This document shows, piece after piece, positions 40,689 through 55,463 of a stretch of DNA of 64,000 nt. The stretch comes from Schmidtea polychroa (taxonomy: Eukaryota): positions 26,662,001 through 26,726,000 of the forward strand of contig CM097885.1 of assembly GCA_044892525.1 (NCBI GenBank). Reading direction: 5' to 3'. The translations under genes were made by a program, and so were the position numbers. The notes below the pieces were generated by a model. The model ran no database searches, was not told where the DNA came from, and was given only the letters and a program-made list of their open reading frames with translations. The first letter of the stretch is position 1; each line of letters begins with the position of its first letter.

Positions 40689-42749
40689 TCATTTAAGATA
40701 GTTCAACTCGACTTTACAACAAACGTAAGGATAATATTCTGGCTCTCCCAACAAATTGGCAACAAAATCGTCCTCACTGTCAGGAGAATTGTCCTTCTAA
40801 ACAAACCGCATTAAAACTGAATGGAATTCCTCAAAACAATTACTCTATCAAATTGACTTGTAAAATTATCCAAATGCCTAAACATTTTTCTGAGTTTCAA
40901 ATGGACTTTTTTCTCTTGATTTTTCGACAACGCCACGAGAATCGATAGAAAATTCACCGGCAATCCATATCTATGAAAATATCAATCAATAATTCACAAT
41001 GCCAATTCTGTGTGCAATTTTCCGATTTTATCTTATCGGATTTCATTGAAATCAATTGTTGCGATCATTGGAAAATTCACTCGAAACGAACAATTCGGAA
41101 CGATGAGATAATAACAAAAAAAAATTAATAATTATTATTATCAAATATTATGTAATATCCGAGCTAATTTGTTTATTTTTGAAAAGTTTTTCTCAAAAAT
41201 TTACAAATTTTTATCGAGATTTTTCTCCTTCCAATAATGAGTATTGATTTTTAAAGAAATTATCTATATTTTTATTATTTTTTTTAATAATAATTTTTTA
41301 ATTAATCAATAAAAAACTTTAATTTTTTCTCCATTAATTAATCGATAATAATAATATTTTTTTAAAAATGAAAACCTTTAATCGAACCTCAATACGGATT
41401 CTACAAATATTCTCATGGACTTTATGTGAAGCAAATATCCAATGGAAATTTTGAATTTATTTGTCAACCAACGGAATGTGTTGATCTGAAAAAGGAAAAA
41501 AAAAATTTTTTTTTAATAAAAAATTAAATTATTACAAATTCTTTTTTCTTTTCCAATTTCAAATTCGTCAACATTAGCCGATTTTCGTCGATTTTCGTTT
41601 CATCATATTGAAAATCTCGAACGAAAAACCTTTGAGAAAAATTAATTTCCTATTTGATTTGAAAGAAAAATCTCTACTTTTTTTCTTTTGCGATTGTCGT
41701 GAAAATGTTAGCGAATCGTTTAAACAAAGTTACCGTAAATAAGCCGTGCTCATTATCTTCATAAATCAACCTAAAGATATTTATAAAAAAGGAATTAGAT
41801 GCTTTTTTTTGGTTTCTATGAGTTTACTCGCTGGATCCCGGCACAACGAATTCTGTCAATTTACCGTAACCAGTCCGCCAGGCATGGAAATGGATTCTGA
41901 AAGTTATAAAGTTCATAAACTATCATTTGGCATCCTTCTAATCTACTTGGCAACGACAACTAGAAGGGTTATTAAGTTCTCGGATTCTAATACGAAATGA
42001 TCCTTTTTCACCAAATCCGCGAGATTTCTTGTTAATAAACTTCCACTGAAACAGATTTTAAACAAATTCATTTCTTAGGAAAGAAATCTTTTCACCTATT
42101 TTTTCTCTCGATATTTTCTATGTCCAATTTAATTTTTGTATAGAATTTTGATTTGATTTTGAATTCAATATCGATTTCATTGATTTTCTTTAAAAATTAT
42201 TATATCAATTAATTTAATCAATAATTTCTGCGGAAAATTACATCGTTTATTGATAAATAACTCTTTTCTATTGGTTCTTTCGATGAGAATTCCGAATTAT
42301 CCCAATGAAATTTTCGAACAGATTTCTCAAAAGGTTCTTCATGGTTTTAATGAAAGAAATTATGAAACTACATGGCTACCTTGGTTTATTGTTAAATAGG
42401 TTGACAATTTGCTCTTTTCCTCCTCCATTATTTCATTGGTGAAGTGAACTAACTTGCGTATAATTCTATAGGGATGCTTAGAATTCAATTAATTATTACA
42501 AAACAAACTCACGCGTCTGTGAAATTGTCTAATTTGAGGAGTTTATCCGATAATTCCATCAGATTATCAAATGTGCCGACCTAGTTGGAGCAAAAGATTA
42601 TATTAACAATTTATTTAATTTACTTTCAATTCTGGGACAGAGAACTTTACCACATCCCCTAGATGATGTTTTACTGATAAATATTGATGGACTTTGTCGA
42701 ATACATTATTTCCCCCTTCATTCGGTACAGAAATAATTAAATATTCCAT
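40689..42749 (-). CDS. ATP6V1C: V-type proton ATPase subunit C, 12 exons, 384 aa. Exons: 42624-42749, 42513-42580, 42380-42465, 42242-42336, 42096-42187, 41947-42045, 41828-41896, 41678-41770, 41536-41629, 41388-41485, 40844-40970, 40689-40796
   Basis: Manual GT-AG splicing gives an open 1155-nt CDS. Motifs: [76 protein letters not shown]. Confidence 0.95.
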
Positions 42750-42857
42750 TATTAAATTTAATTAAATAGATTTCCTCTTCAAGTCAAATCAAATATACTT
42801 AATATAAACAAAGTTTAAAAATTTTATAAAAATATATTTATATTTATATATTTATCA

Positions 42858-42978
<121 letters not shown>

Positions 42979-44230
42979 CTAAATATAATTTGAATTTACT
43001 ATTTCACATTTTGATTTTTTAAAAATGATTTTTGAAAATTTTATATTTTATTTCTTTATCTAATTTTAAAGTAAAATTTTCAAATATTTATTATTATTCT
43101 TATGTAGTTGTTTAAACTGATTAAATTAACCGATTGTCATAGAAATATAATCAAGTGTAAACAGAAATGTGATAGTTTTCATGTTATTTTATTTAATAAT
43201 TATTTTTTTATTTAAATTAATGTGAAAAGATATTAGTTGTAATTTATGCATGAAAAATTAACAAAAGAAGCTTGAGTAATATTTACTATTTCGAATGATG
43301 AGAACTGTACTGGATACAGATGGGAAACGTAAATTCCATTTCAAATAATATTTATAATATTTACACAATAATATTTATTCGAAATTGATACAAATTACAC
43401 TTCTCTTATTGCAGACATTAATGAAACAATGCCAATTTAAACAATTTTAAATAATTCTTTGCTCGGCATACTTTCAATTTCTACCTGAATCTTGCACAGG
43501 GATAAATCTTAGAACGGGAGATATATCTTTTTGTCACGCAGGATTCAAAACGAATTGGTTAGCGTTAAGTTAAATTCGCTTTTGCTTCCCTTCGCTATAT
43601 CACTTTTATTTCTTCGACCAACTGGTCATTCTGTTTACTCGCCAGTCGTTTTAGTACATACCTCGTAATTTTATTATCTCTTTATCAAATTAATTTGGAT
43701 ACTTTTCTCCGGGCTTCCTCGTACCAACCTAATTAGTTTGGACAATTTATTCATTTTTTGATAATCGACCCCAATTCGATTGCCTATACCTAATTTGATT
43801 GACCAATCGGGTCCTATCACACTGCTCGGGTTTTATATTAACTAATTAATTTTAGTTTTTTTGTAATTATTTTGTTCTAGGGACCCCATTAGCTTTATTT
43901 TTTATTATGTTTGAACTCTTCTCATTGTTCGGCATCCACCTATAAAAATTTCCCCCGGAAAATATTAATTTTCATTTTTCATGATTTTTAATTAATATGT
44001 TTGTACTTTAAATTATCATTGTGAATTTGATGTTTTTATCGATTTTCGTCTCGTTTTTGTGCCTCTCTCGTCGAACCACAGGAAGATTGCCTTCCGAATG
44101 CCACACTTTCTATTTGGTTCAGGAACAGATGGTATGGTGGCAAGTAGATAGACAGGGCACCGCTGAATCAGGACTCCGCTGTATCACATACCCCCACCCC
44201 CACTGGGAAAATTTTTTCAAGGTCAAGGTT

Positions 44231-46512
44231 TCAGTGCCTAACATCAAGAAAAAAGGAGTCAGTGTCGCCGGCTACGATACTTATATCACATTTAAATTCG
44301 TTCCTATATTTAGTCAATTCCACATACTGAAGTTGGTACATCCTTAGTTTAGACAAATCTAACACTGTTTGACCAATATAGCTAGACCTGTCTAAACATA
44401 TACAATCTTTATCCAGATGAGCCGCAATCAGATCATCATCAATTTTGATAGATTTTCTGAAAGTAGGCTTTGATGCATATACAATCATTTTTTCAGCTGA
44501 ATTGCATAACCTCAAATTCATCATTTTTTCAAGGTTTTTTACGGATTTCCCATACAGACTATTATTAAATAATTTATACAGATCTCTATATAGCTCGCAT
44601 GTAGAATTGGCTCGCAAATTAGTGTTTGTATCTGTATACTGTTTGAAAATGGGTGCGTGTGTGAATTTAATTGCCCTATGTACATTATTAATTACAGCCC
44701 CCAATTCTATATACAGCTTGAGAAGCCTCCAAAGAAGAACATGGTTCTTCTTGGGCCAATGCTTCTCAACTTCTGAATTAGGCAGATACATTTTTTCCGG
44801 AGCAATCGGAAAATCATTCAGAAACTCATGCAAACAATCAGGGATATCAATATCAACCTCCATAGTATAGCCATATGGAAGGATTTCAATGTCATAATAC
44901 ATACACTCATTCAAGACAGCATCAAAATTATCATAAACCCATAAAAAGTTAACCTACGACAGATTTTGGCTAAGAGCCTATCTATACAAGTTATTAATAT
45001 CTATATACAAGAGTTCTGTGTTTTCAGAACTTGCAACATAATGTTTGTTAACAATTGTTCACCAACCTCGTATCCATCCTTCATAGAAAATAAACATTTC
45101 TATGTCCTGTAAAAGTTCAATCGGCTCTTGTAACATCATGAGTGCTGAGGCCCATGACATACCAGGAATGCCATAGATATTAAGAGGTTCAAGACCATTG
45201 TATGCAACGGTGTTTTCACATAATTGTTGAAAATAATCTGCGACTAATTTAAGGTATGTTAACATATAGTCTAACATGTTGTTGCAATTCTGCTGAGTCC
45301 AAAATTCTTGGGCTGTAGCGTACTCATCATTAGATACAAAATCCCAAATAGGAGGTAATTCAAGAGTCGATTCCAGAACCTCAAGAGATGTAGCGAAGTC
45401 ATAAGGAAAGATACCTTTGGCTCGAAAAATTGCGCCATCAAAAACAAAAGAAGTTAAAGACAGATCGGAAAGAGTCATAACAGCTTTTACGAGTGATGAA
45501 TTAACGAACGGCATGCTATCAATATAACGAACAGGCAATTTGTTAATATACGCGATGATGGAGATGGATTTTTCAGTAGTGGTCGGAATAATATTTAATT
45601 CCCAAGCAGGAAAATTATTAAGACCATACTTTAAAATATGATGGAGGTCATACCCCCTCATATTTTGAAAAACCACAGGTAACTGTCTCTGAAATCGCCG
45701 AGACACATAACATTTCTTACAAGCAGCACCTAAATACTTACCTGAGAAGTGGCAATGGTCCAAACCTTTATCTTTAATGAATTTTACAAAGATGGCAGGT
45801 CCTGGAATCTCGAAAGGCACGCTCTTCAATGAACGACAAGGTATTAATAGGCTTTTCCCCATTAATCTAGTAATACGGCAAGACAATTGTGACAGCAATT
45901 TCTTCCACCTTACGAAGGAAAGACAACACAATCAGGGATATCAATATCAACCTCCATAGTATAGCCATATGGAAGGATTTCAATGTCATAATACATACAC
46001 TCATTCAAGATGTAGCGAAGTCATAAGGAAAGATACCTTTGGCTCGAAAAATTGCGCCATCAAAAACAAAAGAAGTTAAAGACAGATCGGAAAGAGTCAT
46101 AACATAACCGTCAGATGGGGATGAAGTTCAAAATCTCGCAGTTTACACCACTCGAATTCTTACGCTTCCCCGACCGTAAAGTAAGTCGTCTACAAACGAT
46201 TTAATGCCAACACGTAAATCATTAAAAATGATTCAAACATCCAAACTATTTTCATAGAATGGTTAGAGTTTAAATATATGGCTAAGCCACATCCACTAAC
46301 TTGCGTTAATGAATAATAAAATTGCCTCATTACGAGGATGGCACAAAATATCATGATTTTTAGGCGAGATTCAGACTTAGAGGCGTTCAGTCTTAATCTC
46401 TCGGATGGTAGCTTCGTGCCACTGACCTTTCGATCAAGCACATTTACCAGTGATCCGAATCTGCGGTTCCTCTCGTACTGAGCAGAATTACTATTATCAT
46501 GACAAATTATAT

Positions 46513-46558
<46 letters not shown>

Positions 46559-46608
46559 TGTTCCCTATTAGTGGGTGAACAATCCAACGCTTTGCGAATT
46601 CTGCTTCG

Positions 46609-46646
<38 letters not shown>

Positions 46647-46940
46647 GACGTCGCTATGAACGCTTGGCCGCCACAAGCCAGTTATCCCTAGTTGAGCTTC
46701 CCTTGGGACATCTGCGTTACCATTTGACAGATGTACCGCCCCAGTCAAACTCCCCACCTGACACTGTCCTCAAAACAGTTCAATTGCATCCGAAGATCGC
46801 TATTTTTTCACTAAAAAAAATTAACAAAAGTTAATTATACTGCATCATTGAGTAAGTAGAGAAACAATCAGAGTAGTGGTATTTCACTGTCGACCGAAGT
46901 CTCCCACTTATGCTACACCTCTAAAGTTTCCCTACAAAGT

Positions 46941-46974
<34 letters not shown>

Positions 46975-47950
46975 ACCGCTATAATTTCCAAGCTATAATT
47001 TCCAACAAACTTATAATAAAATCTTGTGTTATTATAATTATTAATTAGTAACATGCCTGCTGTTATTGGCATGTTTTTTGGTGGTGGGTGATATCCTCGG
47101 GTAAAATAGCCTCAAAATCGGCATATATAACGAATGGTGGGGCTGTGGTCTTCGCATAATTTTGAAAAATTAAATTTTTCTCTTTCGGGAGTGTATATAA
47201 AGTAGTACCTATCTGGTTCTTACTCCATAGTGCAACATGTACGTTAAATGCTTTTTCATGTCAAAATCCATTGAGACATGGGGACACCTATTTACTCTAT
47301 TCTAAAGATGGCAGGAGCAACGGGGGTGTGAGTTCCTTAATTTTTAAGTAAGTTTAAAACTGCGGTGTAATGGAAATTAGCACCGTCTTCCAGTAAAAGT
47401 AAGTATATGGGTTCACCACCTATAACCTTAGATCGGTGAATGATATCTAATTGGGGATGATGTGGAATATAATTATTGTCAACTACATTTTCAGAAGGCT
47501 TAGTTGGGGTCTTTTTATAAGTTAAAACATTTATTGATAAATTTAAATCACTATTTTTCTTTTCAAATTTAGGGATGTCGCACAATTTCATTGGACAATC
47601 AGAAATTGGGTCAAAATTTAACACGTCAAGATAATTTTCATAGGAACTAACTATATTTATATTTATATGTACTACATTACGTTTTAAAAGTGCTAAAATA
47701 CTTTATATAAAGCACATGTCATCGGTGTTTTTGATGTTTACTATTGCTTTTGGAATATATAAAGCCGATGGTGTGGGGATAAAGCTGTCTAGCTAGCTTA
47801 TTCATATGGGTAAATTTTGTTAATATAAAATCTATCACTTTGATTTTAACCACCCGCCATCCACTACCAAAATATGTGAATTTTTTTATGGCATATATTT
47901 GTATGATCATTTGATGACACGATGATGAATTATAAATATATATCAAATAT
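44231..47950 (-). pseudogene. Polinton protein-primed family B DNA polymerase, fragmented and interrupted by 28S rRNA
   Basis: GSGW, SINVL, VIYADFE (ExoI, ~47120), DHCHFSGKYLGAAC, KGIFPY, LLYIDINNLY, KLFNNSLYGK, YIGQTVLDLSK, GDTDS. Confidence 0.9.
46104..46992 (-). rRNA. 28S (LSU) rRNA 3'-part fragment with an internal deletion; non-functional copy
   Basis: Universal LSU tracts (AAGAGCCGACATCGAAGGATCAAAAAGC, CCAGTCAAACTCCCC, sarcin-ricin CCTCTCGTACT, TCAAGCTCAACAGGGTCTTCTTT). Sequence jumps after AGTTATCCCT at ~46689. Confidence 0.93.
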
Positions 47951-48969
47951 ATTAATAGATTTAAATATTAATGGTTAGAAAATGTTGCATTTATATTTAA
48001 TGTCTTTATTAAAAATTCTTATTCCGTTTTTATAGCATAATAATTATAAAACGGAATAATAATCGGAATATCTATATAATTTGTTGTAATATTATTATCA
48101 GAGGTATAAAATATGGGAGGTATAAAATCATAAATATTATTATTATTACTATATAGAGAGATTAGTTTAGTGCTCAATACATACTACGTTGAACAATTAT
48201 TATTTTCAAAGTATTATTTCTATTCAATTATTATTTTCATAACAACTTATTAATATCACCATCATTTTCAAGAACATTTTCATAATTTTCAGCATTTTCA
48301 AAATTATTTTCAACATTTTCATAATTTATAAGTCGTTATGAAATATACCTAATTATCAAACTCAATTTTAAATCAATTTTTAAAATAATAATAAAATATA
48401 ACTAACATCTTGGTTCAATATCGGAATAATCCCCATAAGAACCAGGGCATGATTAATTTCTTCCTCAATAGATGTGAGGGCATATTCATCAGAAACATCA
48501 TAATTTAATTTTGTTCTCCGTCCATTTTGACAAATTGGTTTTGTAAAGTTATTTTTTAAAAGTGACGAATCCGAAAATTGTAAATGTTTATAAAGAAACT
48601 GAATACTTTCCTGACCAATCAAAATTAAGGAAGTGTAAGAAAAAAGTAAATACATTACATTGCAGTATTTTAAAAATTAAATATATTTTAAAAACACATT
48701 TTGACGCTAAAGTTGACTTATTTAACAAAGATTTAATAAAACTAAAATTATTAGATTAAAGATTCAATAATTAAAACAAAATATATGACATACGGAACAC
48801 ATTAGATATTTGATGGACAAATCTTCTATAAGATTATAATTATTCATTGATGTATTTATCAACAAAACCTCAAAATAGAGAAAAATTCAATATTTAACAC
48901 AAAACAACTGTGCAAATAAAATTATAATCAGACTAATTGATAGAAAATTAAATTCTATATATTAATGAT

Positions 48970-49470
48970 TGTACTAAAAGTTCTTTAAAACTACGAAAAA
49001 TTGCTGGAAAATCTAAATTTACGATAAAAAATAAATGTGCATCACATAATATATAACATATACCAATTCTAATCATATCATTTATTTTTAAATAGTTTTA
49101 ACATGTGAATAAAATATTCTAAAAAGATACTTTAACTGTATGAAAATAACAATTTATCATACAAAACATACGTGTAACACATATAAAAACACGAATCAAG
49201 TCATTTTAGAGAAAATTAAATTTATGTATGTAAATATAAACTTTAAAAGTTACCTTAACCATGTGAAAAATACAAATTTATTGTAAAAACATGTGTATAT
49301 TACACATAAAATAAGATAAATAATTTTAATCAAATAATAATTTTTATTTTATAGGAAATTAAATTTTATCTATATAATATATTAATAAAATTCCAAGAAA
49401 AGTACGTTAACTGCACGAAAAATACAAATTTATCGTAAAAACCTGTGTGTATTACACACAAAACAAGACA
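48970..49470 (+). repeat. Four degenerate ~125-150 bp tandem units
   Basis: Recurring AAAGT..TTAAC...GAAAAATACAAATTTAT.GTAAAAAC.TGTGT..TTACAC at ~48975, 49120, 49245 and 49400. Confidence 0.55.
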
Positions 49471-50945
49471 CATACAAACACTAATTTGCGAGCCAATTCT
49501 ACGTGCGAGCTATATAGAGATCTGTATAAATTATTTAATAATAGTCTGTATGGGAAATCCGTAGAAAACCTTAAAAAACGGATGAATTTGAGGCTATGCT
49601 GAAAAAGATGATTGTATATGCATCAAAACCTACTTTCAGAAAATCTAACTTAAGCCCAACTTCAGTATGTGGAATTGGCTAAATATAGGAACAAATTTAA
49701 ATGTGATATAAGAATCGTAGCTGGCGACATTGACTCCTTTTTTCTTGAGGTTAGGCACTGTAAGCTTGACGCTCTTTTATCGGCAATGATTTGTGACAAT
49801 CTTTTAGATACTTCCAACTATGACACTGTACTCGAGAAACCTTGATTCTGTGATAGGGAAGTTAAAAGATGTGTTGAAGATACCTAAATGAAAAATAACA
49901 TAATAAATAAATAAATTACCTGGGGGAAGTTAGCCATGACAAACGGGACGATCTATGGAAACTCAAAAAAGAAAATGGAAGTAAGAAGAAATTAAAAATG
50001 AGAAAGATAAATCAAATAAAAGGAAACAAACAAGAAATTAAAACAAAGGTCATTGTTAATTAAGAAGTACAAATGAATGTGGAATTTCAAATTCCAGAAA
50101 AACAAAATAGGGGAAAAATTCGTATCTTGACAACTTGTCAAAGATAGCGAAATTGTCGGGAGAAGGCGGCTTAACAAAAAAGGAAAATGGAAAATATCTT
50201 GATATCTGTCAGAGATAAGGCTGACGTAGAGGAAAAGGAAAATGGAAAACAAAATCTGTCACCAGTGCAACAAATAAAATAACTATATAAGGGAAAACTG
50301 GTGGACACGAAATCAGAACAAAATTTGGAAAAGTGGGAACAAAAATTGAGACAATTTGAGAGACAATTTGAGAGAAGATTTGAGAGATAATTTGAGAGAT
50401 AAAATTATTGGAAAAATTTAGACAACGTCGAACGAAACGTTATTGGAGAAACGATTTGTGAAAAAGAATTGTAAAGAAAATAATTGTGAAGAATAATTGT
50501 TGGAGAAGATTTGAAGAAAAGAATTAGTTGAAAAAATTAAACGAAAGTAAGTTACTTGAGTATTTGAATAGAGTTTGAAAGAAAGTCAAAGAAAACAACC
50601 AACTCAAAGTCCCAGTTGATAAACCAATCAGTAATTTGTGATCTTTTAATCCGGTGTTATACGCAAGTGCTATTTCTCACTGAGTTTTGTAATAAGCATT
50701 GTATAGTCACCAAGCAGAGTGTTGAATTGATTGTCGGTGTAAAATGAAAGTTTATTTGTGATTATCAATAAAGATTTCTGTTGTCAAGTGTTATTTCTGA
50801 ATCGGTCAAAGACACGCTTGGAGTCAGAGTAACATTCACCAACTCAATAACCCAACAGATGAAAGTAAAGGTCTCGGGTATAAGGAGTGGGTTTCCTTAA
50901 GACTCAAGTGTTATAGTTTGTTAGGGGCTAAAATTAATTTAAAAG
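49471..50945 (+). pseudogene. Second pPolB fragment (opposite strand), split by a solo LTR
   Basis: Near-identical to the reverse complement of ~44233-44630 (KLFNNSLYGK, AGDIDS). Removing the LTR restores GKLKDESKG...LRLKCYS. Confidence 0.85.
49872..50857 (+). mobile_element. Solo LTR (986 bp) with 4-bp TSD GATG
   Basis: TGTTG...CAACA ends. GATG at 49868-49871 and 50858-50861. Confidence 0.88.
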
Positions 50946-53900
50946 CAAAGGGAGTCAAATTGATAGGGACTGAAATTTTGCAATGAATTCATTATTGTGA
51001 ATGATGCGGTATCCAGCCAAATTCAAATTTGCTGTGACTTCTTTTATAAAATGTTGGTAGGTGTCTTTTTTGCAGGATCCTACAAATAATTTCTGATAAA
51101 TTAGTTCTTTTACGCCAATAGCAAGAACTAATAACATATAAAAGATTTTTTGATTATAAAAATATACAATTTGAGGGATTTTCTGTCGTTTTATCACATT
51201 CCAACTTTCCATGAGTAGTTGAGAAACACAGGGGAACAATTTATATAATAAATGTATTTAAATTACAAATTTAAAACATTATTAGAATTTTTGAAAATTA
51301 TGCTAGATTGCCGAAAATTATAAGAAATATAGAAGAAAACATCGAAAACCGTAATTTAGAATTGAAAGTAATAAATTAATTTTTTTAATATTCAGAAATT
51401 GATAAGAAAGTTTGATCGAATTCATGGAGAAAATTACTGCATTCAAATAAAAAAAATTCCGAAATTATTTCTAATTGAAAAAAATTATAATTCCCTCAAA
51501 AAAGTATTAAAAATCCAATTTCATAAATCTTACCTTTTTCAAAAAATATAATATAAATTACCTGAAATTCATTATAAATACAAATTTTAATTAAAAAATG
51601 TAAATTTAATCAAAAATATAATTATTATTTATCATTTTCAAATAATATGTCTTTGTTGAACATAATTAATGCGATTTTGTGTATCAAAAATTATTAATAA
51701 TAAATAATTAAAACTCAAAAATTTAATATTACAAAAATGAAAAATTACTTCAATTACTACTTGGAAATATTTCTCAAAAATTAATTTGCTTAAAAATGGG
51801 TATCTTTTTCATATGGTGTATTTTATCGTTTGTGTGCATGTTTGTTTTATTATCGAAATCGCATATGCTATGCTTGTATGTTCAATAAATGTTTTATACT
51901 TTGGAATCCTATAATCATTATAATAATGAATCGTTAGGTGTAACTGCTATTGAATATTTAGCACATAGGAAAGTTTTTATGTATCTTATATTATAATTTA
52001 TTGATTATTATTTTATATTATAGGTGGTTTTTATATTTTGCGACGCGGAGTATTATATTATATTTATGTAATATTTGTTTTCTTATTTAAAAATTATGTT
52101 TTATATTATAATCACATATGTAATAAAATAACCATTGTTGGTTACTTAGGGGTGTGTCATTTTAAATTTTTAAATGCATTAGGGGTAATCATATATATTC
52201 ACTCGACTCTTTCCTAAGCACCTCCATGACTATTGCAATTTAACCATTTGTGTACCCATGGCGACGACCATGTTGGTACTGTACACAAAGGCGAAAAAAC
52301 AATGAGCAGGTGAGCTCTATTGCTAAAACTACTCCCCATTGTATTTTCTTTTCGGGTTCTAGACTGCCGATAGAAGGTCTTACGTCATTATTCACTATTT
52401 TTGGATCGTTGTTGGTCCTCAATTACGGGTATTTCTAATTGTTCTCTTATAAATTTTTGTGCGGGGATCCGCCCTTATTTTCCAGCTAATAATTATTGTT
52501 CTACACTTCCTACAATATCTAAATTATCCTTTGAAAAATTTGAGCAGGGATTGGCCCTTATTTTCAAGTTAATCCACGCTTCCCATGATATTTAAGTTAT
52601 ACTTCAAAAAATTTGAGCAGGGATCTGCCTGTATTCTCAGTCATAATCTACATTTGACCACGGTACTTCCAGCGATAGGACCCGTGAGGAAGCCCCCACA
52701 TTCCGGCCCAATCCAGCTGCGCGATTGAAAAACCAGCATACCCACCAGTCTGAGAATCCCGAAGGTACCTCAAACCATGATATGCTGAATCTCAATTCAG
52801 CGGTACTAACGTTCGTAATCAGTTAGTAAAAAAAAATTGAGCACAATAAAAATTATTATTTAATACCTACAACTAAATGAAATTAAACAATTAAAAGAAA
52901 ATAACAAAAGAAAATTTAACTAAAAATTTTATTGCATATTAAATTAAATCATCTCGTAAAATTACTACAACAATAAAAAATAAATTACCAAATCCACGTT
53001 GGCATAAAATCGAAAACTGAGAGCTTCACTGTCTACCACTAAATTTTGATGTTAGAGAAAAAGTAGTCCTTTTAAATGAATGTGTGATCAGTATTTATAC
53101 TGATTTTTCATGCATTTGCTGCCACTCTATCCAATCAGAGTGCGAGAAATTTTTAATTAGTCTTGCATACATGCATGAGTGTGTGCAATTGTTTATTTGT
53201 TTTAATTCAATAAATTTAATTAATTTCTTATTTAATTTTTTTTTTAATTTTAATTTTATAAATTTTATAATTTAAATAATTTGAGAAATATTAATTTTTA
53301 TTAATTTAAACATTTTTATTCTTTAAATTTAATAAGTCAAATAACCATTTAATTCTATAAACTTTACAATTTATCTAATGCTAACTAATTTTATTATTTT
53401 TGACGATTTAATTTTTATATTGTTTAAATAATTTTCAACTAATTCTATTTTATATTTTATTATTTTTCTATTTAAATTTTTAAGTGTTGAATTTTTTGTT
53501 AAATTTATTTATCTCTTATTCTATTATACGGGGTTTATTGGTTCTTAATGTGTGATGTAATTTATTTCATTTATTTTAAATTAAACCTTGGTCATAAATT
53601 TTCCAACTTTGCGGTTTTTGTGTTCGGTATTTTCGATCGATTAAAACAAACTCTCAGTTCTCGGCTTCAGCCCAACACCATTGTTAAATTATAATAAACG
53701 CAATAGTAAAAAATACAATAAAATATACTTACTATTTATAAATATAAGTAATTATAAGAATATAAATAAAACAAAAATATTATGTACCAAGAAAAATGTG
53801 TTTTAATAAACATTATTGCCAATCGATGATAATTTAAAAATTATGGAAAAAGTTCGTGCGATTGTTTAATACTATAAATAATACAACGAGTTTTGAAAAT

Positions 53901-54859
53901 GAGTGATAAATATCGGGTTAACCTTAGAGTATGAGTGTATAGTGTCTCCTATCGGTACCCTGAAATCGGAATTTAAGTCAAGCTACACAATACCAACATC
54001 AATTGTGACTGTGTGATTTAGTTGAAATCGTGTTTTAACAGTTAAAATTCGAGATATAGTAAAGATTCCACAATTGGAAGAAGTCAAGAATCAATGATAC
54101 AAAATTAGAACAACAGCCACAATCCCACAAATAGGAAATAATAGAAACTGAGAACATACCCACTTGATGTGGTTAAAGATCCAAACAAAACTTAAATACG
54201 ATTGACATAAAACTTCACAAAACATATCACTTTCAGAAATTGCGTATTTCAGATATTTGTATATAACAATGTACTTATATCATACAAATTGTATAACAAT
54301 ATAATATAATAAGATATACTTAACATTTATATTATATATTAAACGCGTCACCTGCGACACGCTTCACTGAATTTTGTCATTTAATTAGTCAAATGATTAC
54401 TTTCAATTAAAGTAACCTTATAATATTTACAGTGATTATTGGAGATGTCTCGAAAATTTCATGTAAATGTTTTTCATGAAAATTATACTTCTACCCTTCC
54501 TATGTGACACGTTACAGGGTTCTTTTCGGCATATTAACTCATCCCTAAAATTTAAATAAATAATAAATAAAATCAATAATTATCCTTTGTATATAAAAGT
54601 ATGACAACTTAAATGAAATACGATTAAAAATTTTAAAAATAAAAAGCTGAATATATTAAAACAAATATATTTAATAAAATTCATTCACAACCTTACATAT
54701 ATTCTAAAAAGGATCATCGCCAAAATCAGTCATTGAGGTTTAAAAAAATCTAATTTAACGAATATTGAGAACAACTGAATAACTTCATCAGTATGAAATT
54801 CAAATTTTGATTTTCTATTACATATTAATTATTAAAATAAATTTGTTTTTAATTCATTA

Positions 54860-55384
54860 CAATAGCCTCCTCCTCAAGACGTGGACCCTTAATAGAACTT
54901 ATTTGCAAATCTCTTTGACAAAATACGGGTTTAAGCCGCGACAAATTAACCGCCATCGATCCTTGATGTGTTTCAATTCTGGCAATTTTGTGATTTAGGT
55001 TGTAAGGACCATCATATATTGGCGACTGAGATGAATGTTGCTCTGAACGGACCAAATCCGCTTCGCAAATTGAAAAATTCATATGAATATGCGGACTATT
55101 AGCTGTGGCAGTCTAGTAAATAGGATTCATGTCCAAGGTGCGGAAATAAAATCTTGCAAGGTTTTAATCAGCTGGCGTTGAAGGTTTTGGACTCTGTAAC
55201 AGATTTTCTGGTATTCTGTCGATGTTCCAAATAACATTTGAGCTGGAAAGCTTTGGCTGTGTCGGAATATGTGTTTCTCCATTCCAATAGTACTAGAGCC
55301 AGTGCTCTCATTCAATCATACTTGCTTGGCAATGTCCTCAGTTAGTTCGTAGTCGTTTAAAACCATATGACTTGGATAAGTTCC

Positions 55385-55463
<79 letters not shown>

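Noticed and set aside
41746..42000. 84-aa + strand ORF
   Set aside because: Antisense to V-ATPase C exons.
46190..46834. ORFs within the rRNA fragment
   Set aside because: Spurious frames over 28S sequence.
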